A stretch of 64,000 bases of DNA from positions 109,723-173,722 of the forward strand of contig CAXHJY010001001.1 of assembly GCA_964016885.1 (NCBI GenBank). The letters are read 5' to 3'. This document shows positions 24,345-35,977 of the stretch, piece by piece. Source of the DNA: Eledone cirrhosa (Eukaryota). Under the pieces are notes generated by a model. The model worked only from the letters and a program-made list of their open reading frames with translations, was not told where the DNA came from and searched no databases. Position numbers and translations under genes: made by a program. Within the stretch, counting starts at the first letter, position 1; the number at the start of each line of letters is the position of its first letter.

Positions 24345-25460
24345 GTGGTCAACCAGGGAGGGGTTCCTCCAATAGGAGAGAGAGACCTTGGATTGGAGGT
24401 CAACCAGGGAGGGGTTCCTCCAATAGGAGAGAGAGACCTTGGATTGGAGGTCAACCAGAGAGGGGTTCCTCCAATAGGAGAGAGAGACCTTGGATTGGAG
24501 GTCAACCAGAGAGGGGTTCCTCCAATAGGAGAGAGAGACCTTGGATTGGAGGTCAACCAGAGAGGGGTTCCTCCAACAGGAGAGAGAGACCTTGGATTGG
24601 AGGTCAACCAGAGAGGGGTTCCTCCAACAGGAGAGAGAGACCTTGGATTGGAGGTCAACCAGAGAGGGGTTCCTCCAACAGGAAAGAGAGACCTTGGATT
24701 GGAGGTCAACCAGGGAGGGGTTCCTCCAATAGGAGAGAGAGACCTTGGATTGGAGGTCAACCAGGGAGGGGTTCCTCCAATAGGAGAGAGAGACCTTGGA
24801 TTGGAGGTCAACCAGAGAGGGGTTCCTCCAATAGGAGAGAGAGACCTTGGATTGGAGGTCAACCAGGGAGGGGTTCCTCCAATAGGAGAGAGAGACCTTG
24901 GAGTGGAGGTCAACCAGGGACGGGTTCCTCCAATAGGAGAGAGAGACCTTGGATTGGAGGTCAACCAGAGAGGGGTTCCTCCAATAGGAGATAGAGACCT
25001 TGGATTGGAGGTCAACCAGAGAGGGGTTCCTCCAATAGGAGAGAGAGACCTTGGATTGGAGGTCAACCAGAGAGGGGTTCCTCCAATAGGAGAGAGAGAC
25101 CTTGGATTGGAGGTCAACCAGAGAGGGGTTCCTCCAATAGGAGAGAGAGACCTTGGATTGGAGGTCAACCAGGGAGGGGTTCCTCCAATAGGAGAGAGAG
25201 ACCTTGGATTGGAGGTCAACCAGAGAGGGGTTCCTCCAATAGGAGAGAGAGACCTTGGATTGGAGGTCAACGAGAGAGGGGTTCCTCCAATAGGAGAGAG
25301 AGACCTTGGATTGGAGGTCAACCAGAGAGGGGTTCCTACAACAGGAGAGAGAGACCTTGGATTGGAGGTCAACCAGAGAGGGGTTCCTCCAATAGGAGAG
25401 AGAGACCTTGGATTGGAGGTCAACCAGAGAGGGGTTCCTCCAACAGGAGGGAGAGAGACC
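24345..25460. repeat. 51-bp minisatellite, ~22 copies
   Basis: Unit GGTCAACCAGAGAGGGGTTCCTCCAATAGGAGAGAGAGACCTTGGATTGGA; gives 17-aa repeats in several frames. Confidence 0.96.
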
Positions 25461-25504
25461 CTGGGCTTTCCTATACACGTGCGGCATATTGTTGGGAAAT
25501 CCTA

Positions 25505-25813
25505 GTTTCTTATATAGGCACAAAGCCAGCAATTTTGTAGGAGGGGAAAGTCGATTAAATCGACTCCAGTGTGTAACTGGTACCGCCCTCATCCTTAGTT
25601 ATAATAAAGACTTCAACCTCTTGTTTAAAACTTGGTCGTTATCCACATGCGGGAAGTTGATTAGATCGATTCCAGTGCATTACTGGTACTGTATTTTATC
25701 GACTCCGTAAGGATGAAAGCAAAGCTAACCTCGGTGGAATTTGAACTAAGAACATAAAGCGCCATAACTCTATGCTGCAAAACATGTGGTCCGACACTCT
25801 ACCGATTCTGCCG
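25505..25813 (-). mobile_element. Two SINE family B pieces (3' end 25505-25584; 5' two-thirds 25650-25813)
   Basis: Reverse complement GGCAGAATCGGTAGAGTGTCGGAC...GTTCAAATTCCACCGAGGTTAGCTTTGC.TTTCATCCTTACGG, matching 34552-34770. Confidence 0.8.
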
Positions 25814-25949
25814 ATCCTTAATAATGTTATATCATAATTTTTATGCAGGGGTTCCTTAAAACATGGGAACTATCTCAAGGGTTTCACGGAGATTTGAAGG
25901 GTATTTAGATACAGTGTCCTTCCTTTTGTGGCTATGATGTTTGAAAGAA

Positions 25950-26097
25950 GTTTAGCTGCTTTGTCTAGCATGCTGGGTGACCACCTTGTCTGATGTATCT
26001 GAGGGAGTTTAGTTGCTATGTCTAACATGTCAGGTGACCACCTTGATAGACACTTGTCTGATATATCTGAGGGAGTTTAGCTACTATGTCTAGCATG
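25950..26097. repeat. Diverged tandem duplicate of a short dispersed repeat also at 23856-23927
   Basis: GCTGCTATGTCTAGCATGCTAGGTGACCACCTTGATAGAC.TTGTC.GATGTATCT.AGGGAGTT occurs once at 23856 and about twice here. Confidence 0.7.
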
Positions 26098-26102
26098 CCG
26101 GG

Positions 26103-26213
26103 ATCCCGCCGAGGTTAACTTTGCCTTTCATCCTTACGGGGTCAATAAAATAAAGTACCAGCAATACACTGAGGAATTTGCTGGCCTTGTGCCAAAAGTA
26201 GAAACAATTATAA
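26103..26213 (+). mobile_element. SINE family B, 3' half
   Basis: ATCCCGCCGAGGTTAACTTTGCCTTTCATCCTTACGGGGTCAATAAAATAAAGTACCAG...GTAGAAACAATTAT. Confidence 0.85.
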
Positions 26214-26297
26214 TTGACGATTTATTTCAAAACCAACATGGCGGATATGAGTGGGGGAGGGGGAGGTCGATTGTGGCGTGAAATAAGTGGAAAGAGA

Positions 26298-26410
26298 ATA
26301 CATATATATATATATGTATGTATATATAAATATGTGTGTATATATATATGTGTGTGTGTATATATATATATATATATGTACATATATATATATATAAATA
26401 TGTGTGTGTG

Positions 26411-26508
<98 letters not shown>

Positions 26509-26509
26509 A

Positions 26510-26546
<37 letters not shown>

Positions 26547-26576
26547 TATGTATATATATATAGATATATAAGTATG

Positions 26577-26636
<60 letters not shown>

Positions 26637-27224
26637 CATATATATATATATATACATACATATATATATATATATACATACATATATATATATCTACACC
26701 AAGTATATTAGTGACAAATCATTTTGAGAAGAGGAGGCTGTGTGTGTGTATATATGTGTCTATATAGATGTGTATATACATGTGTATGTATATATATACG
26801 TGTATGTATATATATGTGTGTATGTATATATATGTGTATGTGTATATACATGCGCGTATATGTATATATGTGTATATACATGTATATGTATATATATATA
26901 TATATATATATGTATATAAATGTGTGTATATATATATATATACATGTGTGTGTATACATATATGCGCATGTATATATTTATGTGTATACATGTGTGTATA
27001 TGTGTATATATATGTATATATACATACATGTATATATATATACATACATGTATGTATATATATATAGATACGTACATATATGTATGTATATATATATATA
27101 CATACATGTATGTATATATATATATACATACATGTATGTAATATATATACATACATGTATGTATATATATATATATACATACATGTATGTATATATATAT
27201 ACACACATGTATGTATATATATAC

Positions 27225-27261
<37 letters not shown>

Positions 27262-27790
27262 CATACATGTATGTATATATATATATACATACATGTATGT
27301 ATATATATATATACATACATGTATGTATATATATATACATGTATATATATATATATACATACATGTATGTATATATATATATACATACATGTATGTATAT
27401 ATATACATACATGTATGTATATATATATACATGTATATATATATATATACATACATGTATGTATATATATATATATACATACATGTATGTATATATATAT
27501 ACATACATGTATGTATATGTATATATATATATACATACATGTATATATATATACATACATGTATGTATATATATATATATACATGTATATATATATACAT
27601 ACATGTATGTATATATATATATACATACATGTATGTATATATATATATATATACATACATGTATGTATATATATATATATATACATATATGTATGTATAT
27701 GTATACATGTACATACATGTATGTATATATATATACATACATGTATGTATATATATATACATGTATGTATATATATATACATGTTTGTAT
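26298..27790. repeat. (TA)n-rich compound microsatellite incl. (ACATACATGTATGT(AT)n) array
   Basis: Direct inspection. Confidence 0.92.
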
Positions 27791-27887
27791 ATAAGTTGTT
27801 TGTCTTATCAACGGTTCTTTGTTGATGTTGACACAGTTCTACAACTGACATCAATAATGGAGCCTAAAGGGAGGAGAGGGACACTGG

Positions 27888-28545
27888 TCCACCTCCTCCT
27901 CTACACCTTCTCTACCTTCCTCCCTTCACCTCATCACATTGCCTCCCCTTCATTACACCACCTCCGCATCCCTGCCATCTCCACCACATCATCATCACCT
28001 CCTCATCCTTCACCTCCTGCCCCCCTCCACCTCCTCCGCCTTCACCTCCTTCCTCCTCCACCTCATCACCTCCTCCTCCTTCACCTCCTCCCTCCACCTC
28101 CTCCGCCTTCACCTCCTTCCTCCTCCACCTCATCACCTCCTCCTCCTTCACCTCCTCCCTCCACCTTTTCCCTGCCTCCCCTCCATTTCCACCACATCAT
28201 AATAACCTCCTCATCCTTCACCTCCTGCCCCCCCCCCCCCCCTTCCGCCCCCTCCACCTCCACCACATCATCATCACCTCCTCATCCTTCACCTCCTGCC
28301 CCCCTCCACCTCTTCCCTCCCTCCCTTCCGCTCCCTCCACCTCCTCCGCCTTCACCTCCTTCCTCCTCCACCTCATCACCTCCTCCTCCTTCACCGCCTG
28401 CCTCCCCTCCGCCCCTCCATCTCCACCACATCATAATAACCTCCTCATCCTTCACCTCCTGGTCCCCACCCCCCACCCCCTCCCTTCCGCCCCCTCCACC
28501 TCCACCACATCATCATCACCTCCTCCTCCTCCACCCACCCCATCA
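27888..28545. repeat. C-rich (CCT/CCA)n polypyrimidine low-complexity tract with internal duplications
   Basis: Repeated CCACCACATCATCATCACCTCCTCATCCTTCACCTCCTG blocks. Confidence 0.85.
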
Positions 28546-28626
28546 GAAGACTAAACTCCTCAGTTTGAGTCATAAAACCTGACACTATCTCCTCTGCACT
28601 TTTAATATAAACTGTACGTGGGTGGG

Positions 28627-31367
28627 GTCTCTAGGGGGTCAGTAGCCCCACACTTAAGCGGTGTAGACACCCCTCGGGCTCTCTAGGGGGTCAGTAGCCC
28701 CACACTTAAGTGGGGTAGACACCCCTCGGGCTCTCTAGGAGGTCAGTAGCCCCACACTTCAGTGGGGTAGACACCCCTCGGGCTCTCTAGGAGGTCAGTA
28801 GCCCCACACTTCAGTGGGGTAGACACCCCTCGGGCTCTCTAGGAGGTCAGTAGCCCCACACTCCAGTGGGGTAGACACCCCTCGGGCTCTCTAGGGGGCC
28901 AGTAGCCCCACACTTCAGTGGGGTAGACACCCCTCGGGCTCTCTAGGGGGTCAGTAGCCCCACATTTAAGTGGGGTAGACACCCTTCGGGCTCTCTAGGG
29001 GGTCAGTAGCCCCACATTTAAGTGGGGTAGACACCCTTCGGGCTCTCTAGGGGGTCAGTAGCCCCACATTTAAGTGGGGTAGACACCCCTCGGGCTCTCT
29101 AGGGGGTCAGTAGCCCCACATTTAAGTGGGGTAGACACCCTTCGGGCTCTCTAGGGGGTCAGTAGCCCCACATTTAAGTGGGGTAGACACCCCTCGGGCT
29201 CTCTAGGGGGTCAGTAGCCCCACATTTAAGTGGGGTAGACACCCTTCGGGCTCTCTAGGGGGTCAGTAGCCCCACATTTAAGTGGGGTAGACACCCTTCG
29301 GGCTCTCTAGGGGGTCAGTAGCCCCACATTTAAGTGGGGTAGACACCCCTCGGGCTCTCTAGGGGGTCAGTAGCCCCACATTTAAGTGGGGTAGACACCC
29401 TTCGGGCTCTCTAGGGGGGTCAGTAGCCCCACACTTTAGTGGGGTAGACACCCCTCGGGCTCTCTAGGGGGTCAGTAGCCCCACACTTCAGTGGGGTAGA
29501 CACCTCTCGGGCTCTCTAGGAGGTCAGTAGCCCCACACTTCAGTGGGGTAGACACCTCTCAGGCTCTCTAGGAGGTCAGTAGCCCCACACTTCAGTGGGG
29601 TAGACACCTCTCGGGCTCTCTAGGAGGTCAGTAGCCCCACACTTAAGCGGGGTAGACACCCCTCGGGCTCTCTAGGGGGTCAGTAGCCCCACACTTCAGT
29701 GGGGTAGACACCCCTCGGGCTCTCTAGGAGGTCAGTAGCCCCACACTTCAGTGGGGTAGACACCCCTCGGGCTCTCTAGGGGGTCAGTAGCCCCACACTT
29801 CAGTGAGGTAGACACCCCTCGGGCTCTCTAGGGGGTCAGTAGCCCCACACTTCAGTGGGGTAGACACCCTTCGGGCTCTCTAGGGGGGTCAGTAGCCCCA
29901 CACTTTAGTGGGGTAGACACCTCTCGGGCTCTCTAGGAGGTCAGTAGCCCCACACTTAAGCGGGGTAGACACCCCTCGGGCTCTCTAGGGGGTCAGTAGC
30001 CCCACACTTCAGTGGGGTAGACATCCTCGGCTCTCTAGGAGGTCAGTAGCCCCACACTTTAGTGGAGTAGACACCCCTCGGGCTCTCTAGGAGGTCAGTA
30101 GCCCCACACTTCAGTGAGGTAGACACCCCTCGGGCTCTCTAGGAGGTCAGTAGCCCCACACTTCAGTGGGGTAGACACCCCTCGGGCTCTCTAGGATGTC
30201 AGTAGCCCCACACTTCAGTGGGGTAGACACCCCTCGGGCTCTCTAGGAGGTCAGTAGCCCCACACTTCAGTGGGGTAGACACCCCTTGGGCTCTCTAGGA
30301 GGTCAGTAGCCCCACATTTAAGTGGGGTAGACACCCTTCGGACTTTCTAGGGGGTCAGCAGCCCCACACTTAAGCGGGGTAGACACCCCTCGGGCTCTCT
30401 AGGGGGTCAGTAGCCCCACACTTAAGCGGGGTAGACACCCCTCGGGCTCTCTAGGGGGTCAGTAGCCCCACACTTCAGTGGGGTAGACACCCCTCGGGCT
30501 CTCTAGGAGGTCAGTAGCCCCACACTTTAGTGGAGTAGACACCCCTCGGGCTCTCTAGGAGGTCAGTAGCCCCACACTTCAGTGGGGTAGACACCCCTCG
30601 GGCTCTCTAGGAGGTCAGTAGCCCCACATTTAAGTGGGGTAGACACCCCTCGGGCTCTCTAGGATGTCAGTAGCCCCACACTTAAGTGGGGTAGACACCC
30701 TTCGGGCTCTCTAGGGGGTCAGTAGCCCCACACTTTAGCGGGTAGACACCCCTCGGGCTCTCTAGGGGGTCAGTAGCCCCACACTTAAGCGGGGTAGACA
30801 CCCCTCGGGCTCTCTAGGGGGTCAGTAGCCCCACACTTAAGCGGGCTAGACACCCCTCGGGCTCTCTAGGGGGTCAGTAGCCCCACACTTCAGTGGGGTA
30901 GACACCCCTCGGGCTCTCTAGGGGGTCAGTAGCCCCACACTTAAGCGGGGTAGACACCCCTCGGGCTCTCTAGGGGGTCAGTAGCCCCACACTTAAGCGG
31001 GGTAGACACCCCTCGGGCTCTCTAGGGGGTCAGTAGCCCCACACTTCAGTGGGGTAGACACCCCTCGGGCTCTCTAGGGGGTCAGTAGCCCCACACTTTA
31101 GCGGGGTAGACACCCCTCGGGCTCTCTAGGGGGTCAGTAGCCCCACACTTAAGCGGGGTAGACACCCCTCGGGCTCTCTAGGGGGTCAGTAGCCCCACAC
31201 TTAAGCGGGGTAGACACCCCTCGGGCTCTCTAGGGGGTCAGTACCCCCACACTTCAGTGGGGTAGACACCCCTCGGGCTCTCTAGGGGGTCAGTAGCCCC
31301 ACACTTAAGCGAGGTAGACACCCCTCGGGCTCTCTAGGGGGTCAGTAGCCCCACACTTAAGCGGGGT
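28627..31367. repeat. 52-bp GC-rich hairpin minisatellite, ~53 copies
   Basis: Unit CTCTCTAGGGGGTCAGTAGCCCCACACTTAAGTGGGGTAGACACCCCTCGGG. Confidence 0.97.
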
Positions 31368-31462
31368 GCGGAACCCTAGGCCTGTCTGTATCATTCTGTA
31401 TAAGAGTGAACCTAACACCTTTCGTAACAGTACTCCTTGTTATTATTTACTTTTCCAATATA

Positions 31463-31583
31463 TGAGTTCAAATCCCGCCGAGGTTGACTTTGCCTTTCAT
31501 CCTTACGGGGTCGATAAAATAAAGTACCAGTAATGCACTGGTTAATTTGCTGGCCTTGTGCCTAACGTAGAAACAATTATTAA
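31463..31583 (+). mobile_element. SINE family B, from B box to tail
   Basis: TGAGTTCAAATCCCGCCGAGGTTGACTTTGCCTTTCATCC...GTAGAAACAATTATT. Confidence 0.85.
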
Positions 31584-31675
31584 TATTTTTGTTTGTTTTT
31601 TAGATGTTTTACTTGATGTTCAAGTCAGCTAAAATTTCTTTGTTTAGATGGGTTGTGCCTATATAAGAAATCATT

Positions 31676-31862
31676 TGGCAGTATCGGTAGAGGGTCGGAC
31701 GGACGCCATGCTTTGCTGCATAGAGTTACGGCCCTTTATGGTCTGAGTTCAAATCCCGCCAACGTTAACTTTGCCTTTCATCCTTACTGGGTCGATAAAA
31801 TAAAGTACCAGTAATGCACTGGTTAATTTGCTGTCCTTGTGCCTAACGTAGAAACAATTATT
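31676..31862 (+). mobile_element. SINE family B, near full length
   Basis: TGGCAGTATCGG A-box-like, GAGTTCAAATCC B box, same body and tail as other copies. Confidence 0.85.
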
Positions 31863-32011
31863 TACTTTTTCAATATATATATATATATTTTTTCCGTTTA
31901 TCGTTTTCGGTGCACCCGGCCGATTAACCCACTCGATATGCATATTGGGCTACTCAGCCGTTAATATGCATAAGGTAAGTATATACGTTCAACAATCTGG
32001 CAGGAAGGTAT

Positions 32012-32054
32012 ACGTTGCTGACGATAGCTAACAAGCTTGAAACTAGTACAGCGT
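32012..32054 (+). ncRNA. Intact minimal type I hammerhead ribozyme motif
   Basis: ACGTTG-CTGACGA-T-AGCT-AACA-AGCT-T-GAAAC-TA-GTA-CAGCGT: 6-bp helix I (one G-U), complete core, 4-bp helix II, palindromic helix III ACTAGT, GUA cleavage after 32048. Confidence 0.8.
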
Positions 32055-32417
32055 TCCTTTGTCAGTGTTGAACAAACGAGCAACGGTGGTTGCTAGACAC
32101 TACGGCTTAATACGGGATGTTTGTTTACAAACACACCGAGCATTATAATAAATGTTCGGTGAATCCATACGTGCATATATATATGTGTGCATGTATGTAT
32201 ATATATATATATACATACTACTGTACGTCGGTATACATATATGTATGTACGTGTACATACTTAAGTAACAGCCGTACTAAGAGTGGGAAATGAAATATCG
32301 TTTCATTTTTTCCGTTTATATATATATATATATATAGTGAAAGCTTGGACGGGAACAAAACAGGGAGGCAGACAAATAAAGGATTATTAGGTTCCCGCTC
32401 TTGAGAGTGGGGGGGGG

Positions 32418-32449
32418 GACGTTTCGGGCATAAGCCCTTCTTCGGGAGA
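32418..32449 (-). ncRNA. Degenerate minimal hammerhead motif (Penelope type)
   Basis: Minus strand TCTC-CCGAAGA-A-GGGC-TTAT-GCCC-GAAAC-GTC. U4 to C, and helix I 3' strand replaced by a C run. Confidence 0.55.
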
Positions 32450-32569
32450 AAATTTGGTAGGAAGAGAGTCCTGAGGGTCTGTAGAGGAGGGGTGGAAAGA
32501 CATTTATAAAAAAATATATATATATATTATATATGGCTTGAGCTCTGCCGTCGGGGTCATACTTTTTCC

Positions 32570-32574
32570 TATAT

Positions 32575-32606
<32 letters not shown>

Positions 32607-32742
32607 GGGCTCTGTATATATATATATATACGTGTGTGTACGTGTGCACATATATTTATGTCTGCGTGTGATTATATATACACACATATACATATGTGTG
32701 TGTGTGTGTGCATACATACGTATTTATGTCTGTGTATATGTG

Positions 32743-32778
<36 letters not shown>

Positions 32779-32818
32779 GCTCTGTATATATATGTGTGTG
32801 TGTGTGGCTCTCTCTCTC

Positions 32819-32856
<38 letters not shown>

Positions 32857-32898
32857 GCTCTGTATATATATATATATGTGTGTGTGTGGCTCTCTCTC

Positions 32899-32942
<44 letters not shown>

Positions 32943-32986
32943 GCTCTGTATATATATATATATGTGTGTGTGTGGCTCTCTCTCTC

Positions 32987-33018
<32 letters not shown>

Positions 33019-33024
33019 GCTCTG

Positions 33025-33057
<33 letters not shown>

Positions 33058-33064
33058 AGCTCTG

Positions 33065-33100
<36 letters not shown>

Positions 33101-33212
33101 GCTCTGTATATATATATATGTGTGTGTGTATAGGTCTGTATATATATATATATGTGTGTGTGTGTGGCACTGTATATGTGTGTGTGTGGCACTGTATATA
33201 TGTGTGTGTGTG
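32570..33212. repeat. Compound (TA)n-(TG)n-GCTCT microsatellite array
   Basis: Direct inspection. Confidence 0.9.
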
Positions 33213-33373
33213 GCAATGTGCCTACCAAACTCTACATGTGTGTACGTGTCTCGATTCTGTCCCGTGTTTGTTTGCAAGTTTCTAATCGATATCAAGAGAT
33301 AAAGTTGTTAGGTTAACGTATCGAACCCAATCATAGATCAACACAATCTAGTTGTCTCTTTTCATTCCTTTAA

Positions 33374-34471
33374 CCCCTTCTTTACCATATTCCCCATGAA
33401 AGACCCACACTACCTGGGGACCCCTTCTTTACCATATTCCCCATGAAAGACCCTACCTGGGGATCCCTTCTTTATCATATTCCCCATGAAAGACCCACAC
33501 TACCTGGGGTCCCCTTCTTTACCATATTCCCCATGAAAGACCCACACTACCTGGGGACCCCTTCTTTACCATATTCCCCATGAAAGACCCTACCTGGGGA
33601 CCCCTTCTTTACCATATTCCCCATGAAAGACCCACACTACCTGGGGACCCCTTCTTTACCATATTCCCCATGAAAGACCCTACCTGGGGTCCCCTTCTTT
33701 ACCATATTCCCCATGAAAGACCCACACTACCTGGGGACCCCTTCTTTACCATATTCCCCATGAAAGACCCACACTACCTGAGGTTCCCTTCTTTACCATA
33801 TTCCCCATGAAAGACCCACCCTACCTGGGGTTCCCTTCTTTACCATATTCCCCATGAAAGACCCACACTACCTGAGGTTCCCTTCTTTACCATATTCCCC
33901 ATGAAAGACCCACACTACCTGGGGACCCTTCTTTACCATATTCCCATGAAAGACCCACACTACCTGGGATCCCCTTCTTTACCATATTCCCCATGAAAGA
34001 CCCTACCTGGGGACCCCATCTTTACCATATTCCCCATGAAAGACCCACACTACCTGGGGTCCCCTTCTTTACCATATTCCCCATGAAAGACCCTACCTGG
34101 GGTTCCCTTCTTTACCATATTCCCCATGAAAGACCCACACTACCTGGGGTCCCCTTCTTTACCATATTCCCCATGAAAGACCCTACCTGGGGACCCCTTC
34201 TTTACCATATTCCCCATGAAAGACCCACACTACCTGGGGACCCCTTCTTTACCATATTCCCCATGAAATACCCACACTACCTGGGGACCCCTTCTTTACC
34301 ATATTCCCCATGAAAGGCCCACACTACCTGGGGACCCCTTCTTTACCATATTCCCCATGAAAGACCCACACTACCTGGGGACCCCTTCTTTTCCATATTC
34401 CCCATGAAAGACCCACACTACCTGGGGATCCCTTCTTTTCCATATTCCCCATGAAAGACCCACACTACCTG
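33374..34471. repeat. 47/43-bp minisatellite, ~24 copies, partly alternating as a 90-bp dimer
   Basis: Unit CCCCTTCTTTACCATATTCCCCATGAAAGACCC(ACAC)TACCTGGGGA; the 30-aa ORF repeats equal 47+43 bp. Confidence 0.95.
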
Positions 34472-34551
34472 AGATTTTGGAATAATTTCGGAAGTAATGA
34501 AGAATGTGGAGGTATTTAGTAATATAACATTTCTCATTAATCCGGTCGAAG

Positions 34552-34770
34552 GGCGGTGAATTGGTAGAATCGGTGGAGTGTCGGACACCCTGCTTCGCGA
34601 CACAGAGTTACGACCCTTTACGGTCTGAGTTCAAATCCCGCCGAGGTTAACTTTGCCTTTCATCCTTACGGGGTCCATAAAATAAAGTAGCAGTAATACA
34701 CTGGGTTGATTTAATCGACTTTCCCCTTCCCCAAACTGTTGACCTTGTGTCTAAATCAGAAACCATTAAT
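34552..34770 (+). mobile_element. tRNA-derived SINE family B, full length (resembles abundant octopus SINEs)
   Basis: GGCGGTGAATTGGTAGAATCGG head, GAGTTCAAATCC B box, GCCTTTCATCCTTACGGGGTC body, AGAAACCATTAAT tail. About 9 related pieces in the window. Confidence 0.85.
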
Positions 34771-34780
34771 AATCCGATTA

Positions 34781-34910
34781 TTGGCAGTAAAATCGGTGGA
34801 GTGTTGGACACCTTGCTTCGCGGCATAGAGTTACGTCCCTTTACGTTCTGAGTTCAATACCCGCTGAGGTTAAGATTTGCCTTACGTGGTCGATAAAATA
34901 GAATACCAAT
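34781..34910 (+). mobile_element. SINE family B, diverged adjacent copy
   Basis: TTGGCAGTAAAATCGGTGGAGTGTTGGAC...TTCTGAGTTCAATACCCGCTGAGGTT. Confidence 0.75.
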
Positions 34911-34999
34911 AACTCGCTTACCAAGTGAGATCGAACTCGTCAAATCGGACCGAGGAAGCAATGTTTCCATTGATTTTTCTATTGCCGATACTATCTACC

Positions 35000-35115
35000 G
35001 GTGTCACTCCTGGTAGTGTCTTGCTCATGGACATAACGCACTGCCCGGTCTGGGAATCGAACTCGCAGCCTGACGAGTGTGAATCCAATTCTCTAACCTC
35101 CACAACGGACGGCCT
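35000..35115 (-). mobile_element. SINE family A 5' head
   Basis: Reverse complement GGTTAGAGAATTGG...GAGTTCGATTCCCAGACCGGGCAGTGCGTTATGTCCATGAGCAAGACACT, matching 10870-10952. Confidence 0.7.
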
Positions 35116-35384
35116 TACATAAAATTATGCTGGATGGTAAATATAAAGACTTTAACACAAGTTTTCTATCATAGAATCATGGACGGTGTCAGAAAATTTG
35201 GCGTCAAAAAGAGTTTATTTTAATGAGGTGATCTTTGGTTTAGTGTTCCCTTCTCACGTCTGTCATAACTGCTGAAAAGTGGGACGCTAAACTCAAACAT
35301 CGTCTAAAACGGTGTTCAAATTTTTATATTTTGAACATAGAAGAAGAAGAAGAAGAAGAAGAAGAAGAATTCTTTTTAGCAATA

Positions 35385-35885
35385 CTTGTCTGGTAAACGA
35401 TTTGACCTCATCGTGGAAGAGTCATTTAAGCCATAGTTGTACCTGTCTGGCAAGTGACTTGATCTGAGACTGTTGAAACTAAAGCAATTATATGGTGGAC
35501 GAGTCATTTTACGCCACAGTTGTAGATGTCTGGCAGGTGACTTAAAACTAAAGCAAATATCTTGTGGAACAGTCATTTTAACCTCAATTATGCAAGTCTG
35601 ACAAGGTATTTGATCTGAGACTGTTGAAACTAAAACAATTACATCGTGGAAAAATCATTTTAGCCCCAGTTGTACATATCTGGCAGATGACTTGATCTCA
35701 GACTGTGTTGAAACTAAAGTAATTACTGTGTGGACGAGTCATTTTAAGCAGAGTTGTACCTGTCTGGCTGATGACTTGATCTCAGACTGTGTTCTACATA
35801 TCTGGCAAGTGACTTGTTGAAATTTAAGTAAATATATTGTGGAAGATTCATTTGAGCCTGAGTTGTACCTGCTTTCTGGCAATCT
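35385..35885. repeat. Old, diverged ~82-bp tandem repeat, ~6 copies, preceded by (GAA)n at 35340-35368
   Basis: Recurring TGTACCTGTCTGGCAAGTGACTTGATCTGAGACTGTTGAAACTAAAGCAA...GTCATTT. Confidence 0.8.
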
Positions 35886-35977
35886 TTTGAGGAAGGGAGA
35901 GTATCCCGAAATACTAAAGCCCTATAAAGAAGTACACAATAGCAGTCGACATCATTATAATCTTAGAGGGTGGGGGA

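Noticed and set aside
24258-25592. Long ORFs of 367-444 aa with 17-aa repeats (collagen- or mucin-like appearance)
   Set aside because: Open in several frames on both strands because the 51-bp unit is a multiple of 3 and stop-poor; no unique domain or splice context.
27080-28582. 500-aa ORF ending in an extensin-like Pro/Ser/His-rich region
   Set aside because: Microsatellite plus (CCT)n low complexity; absence of stops is expected from base composition.
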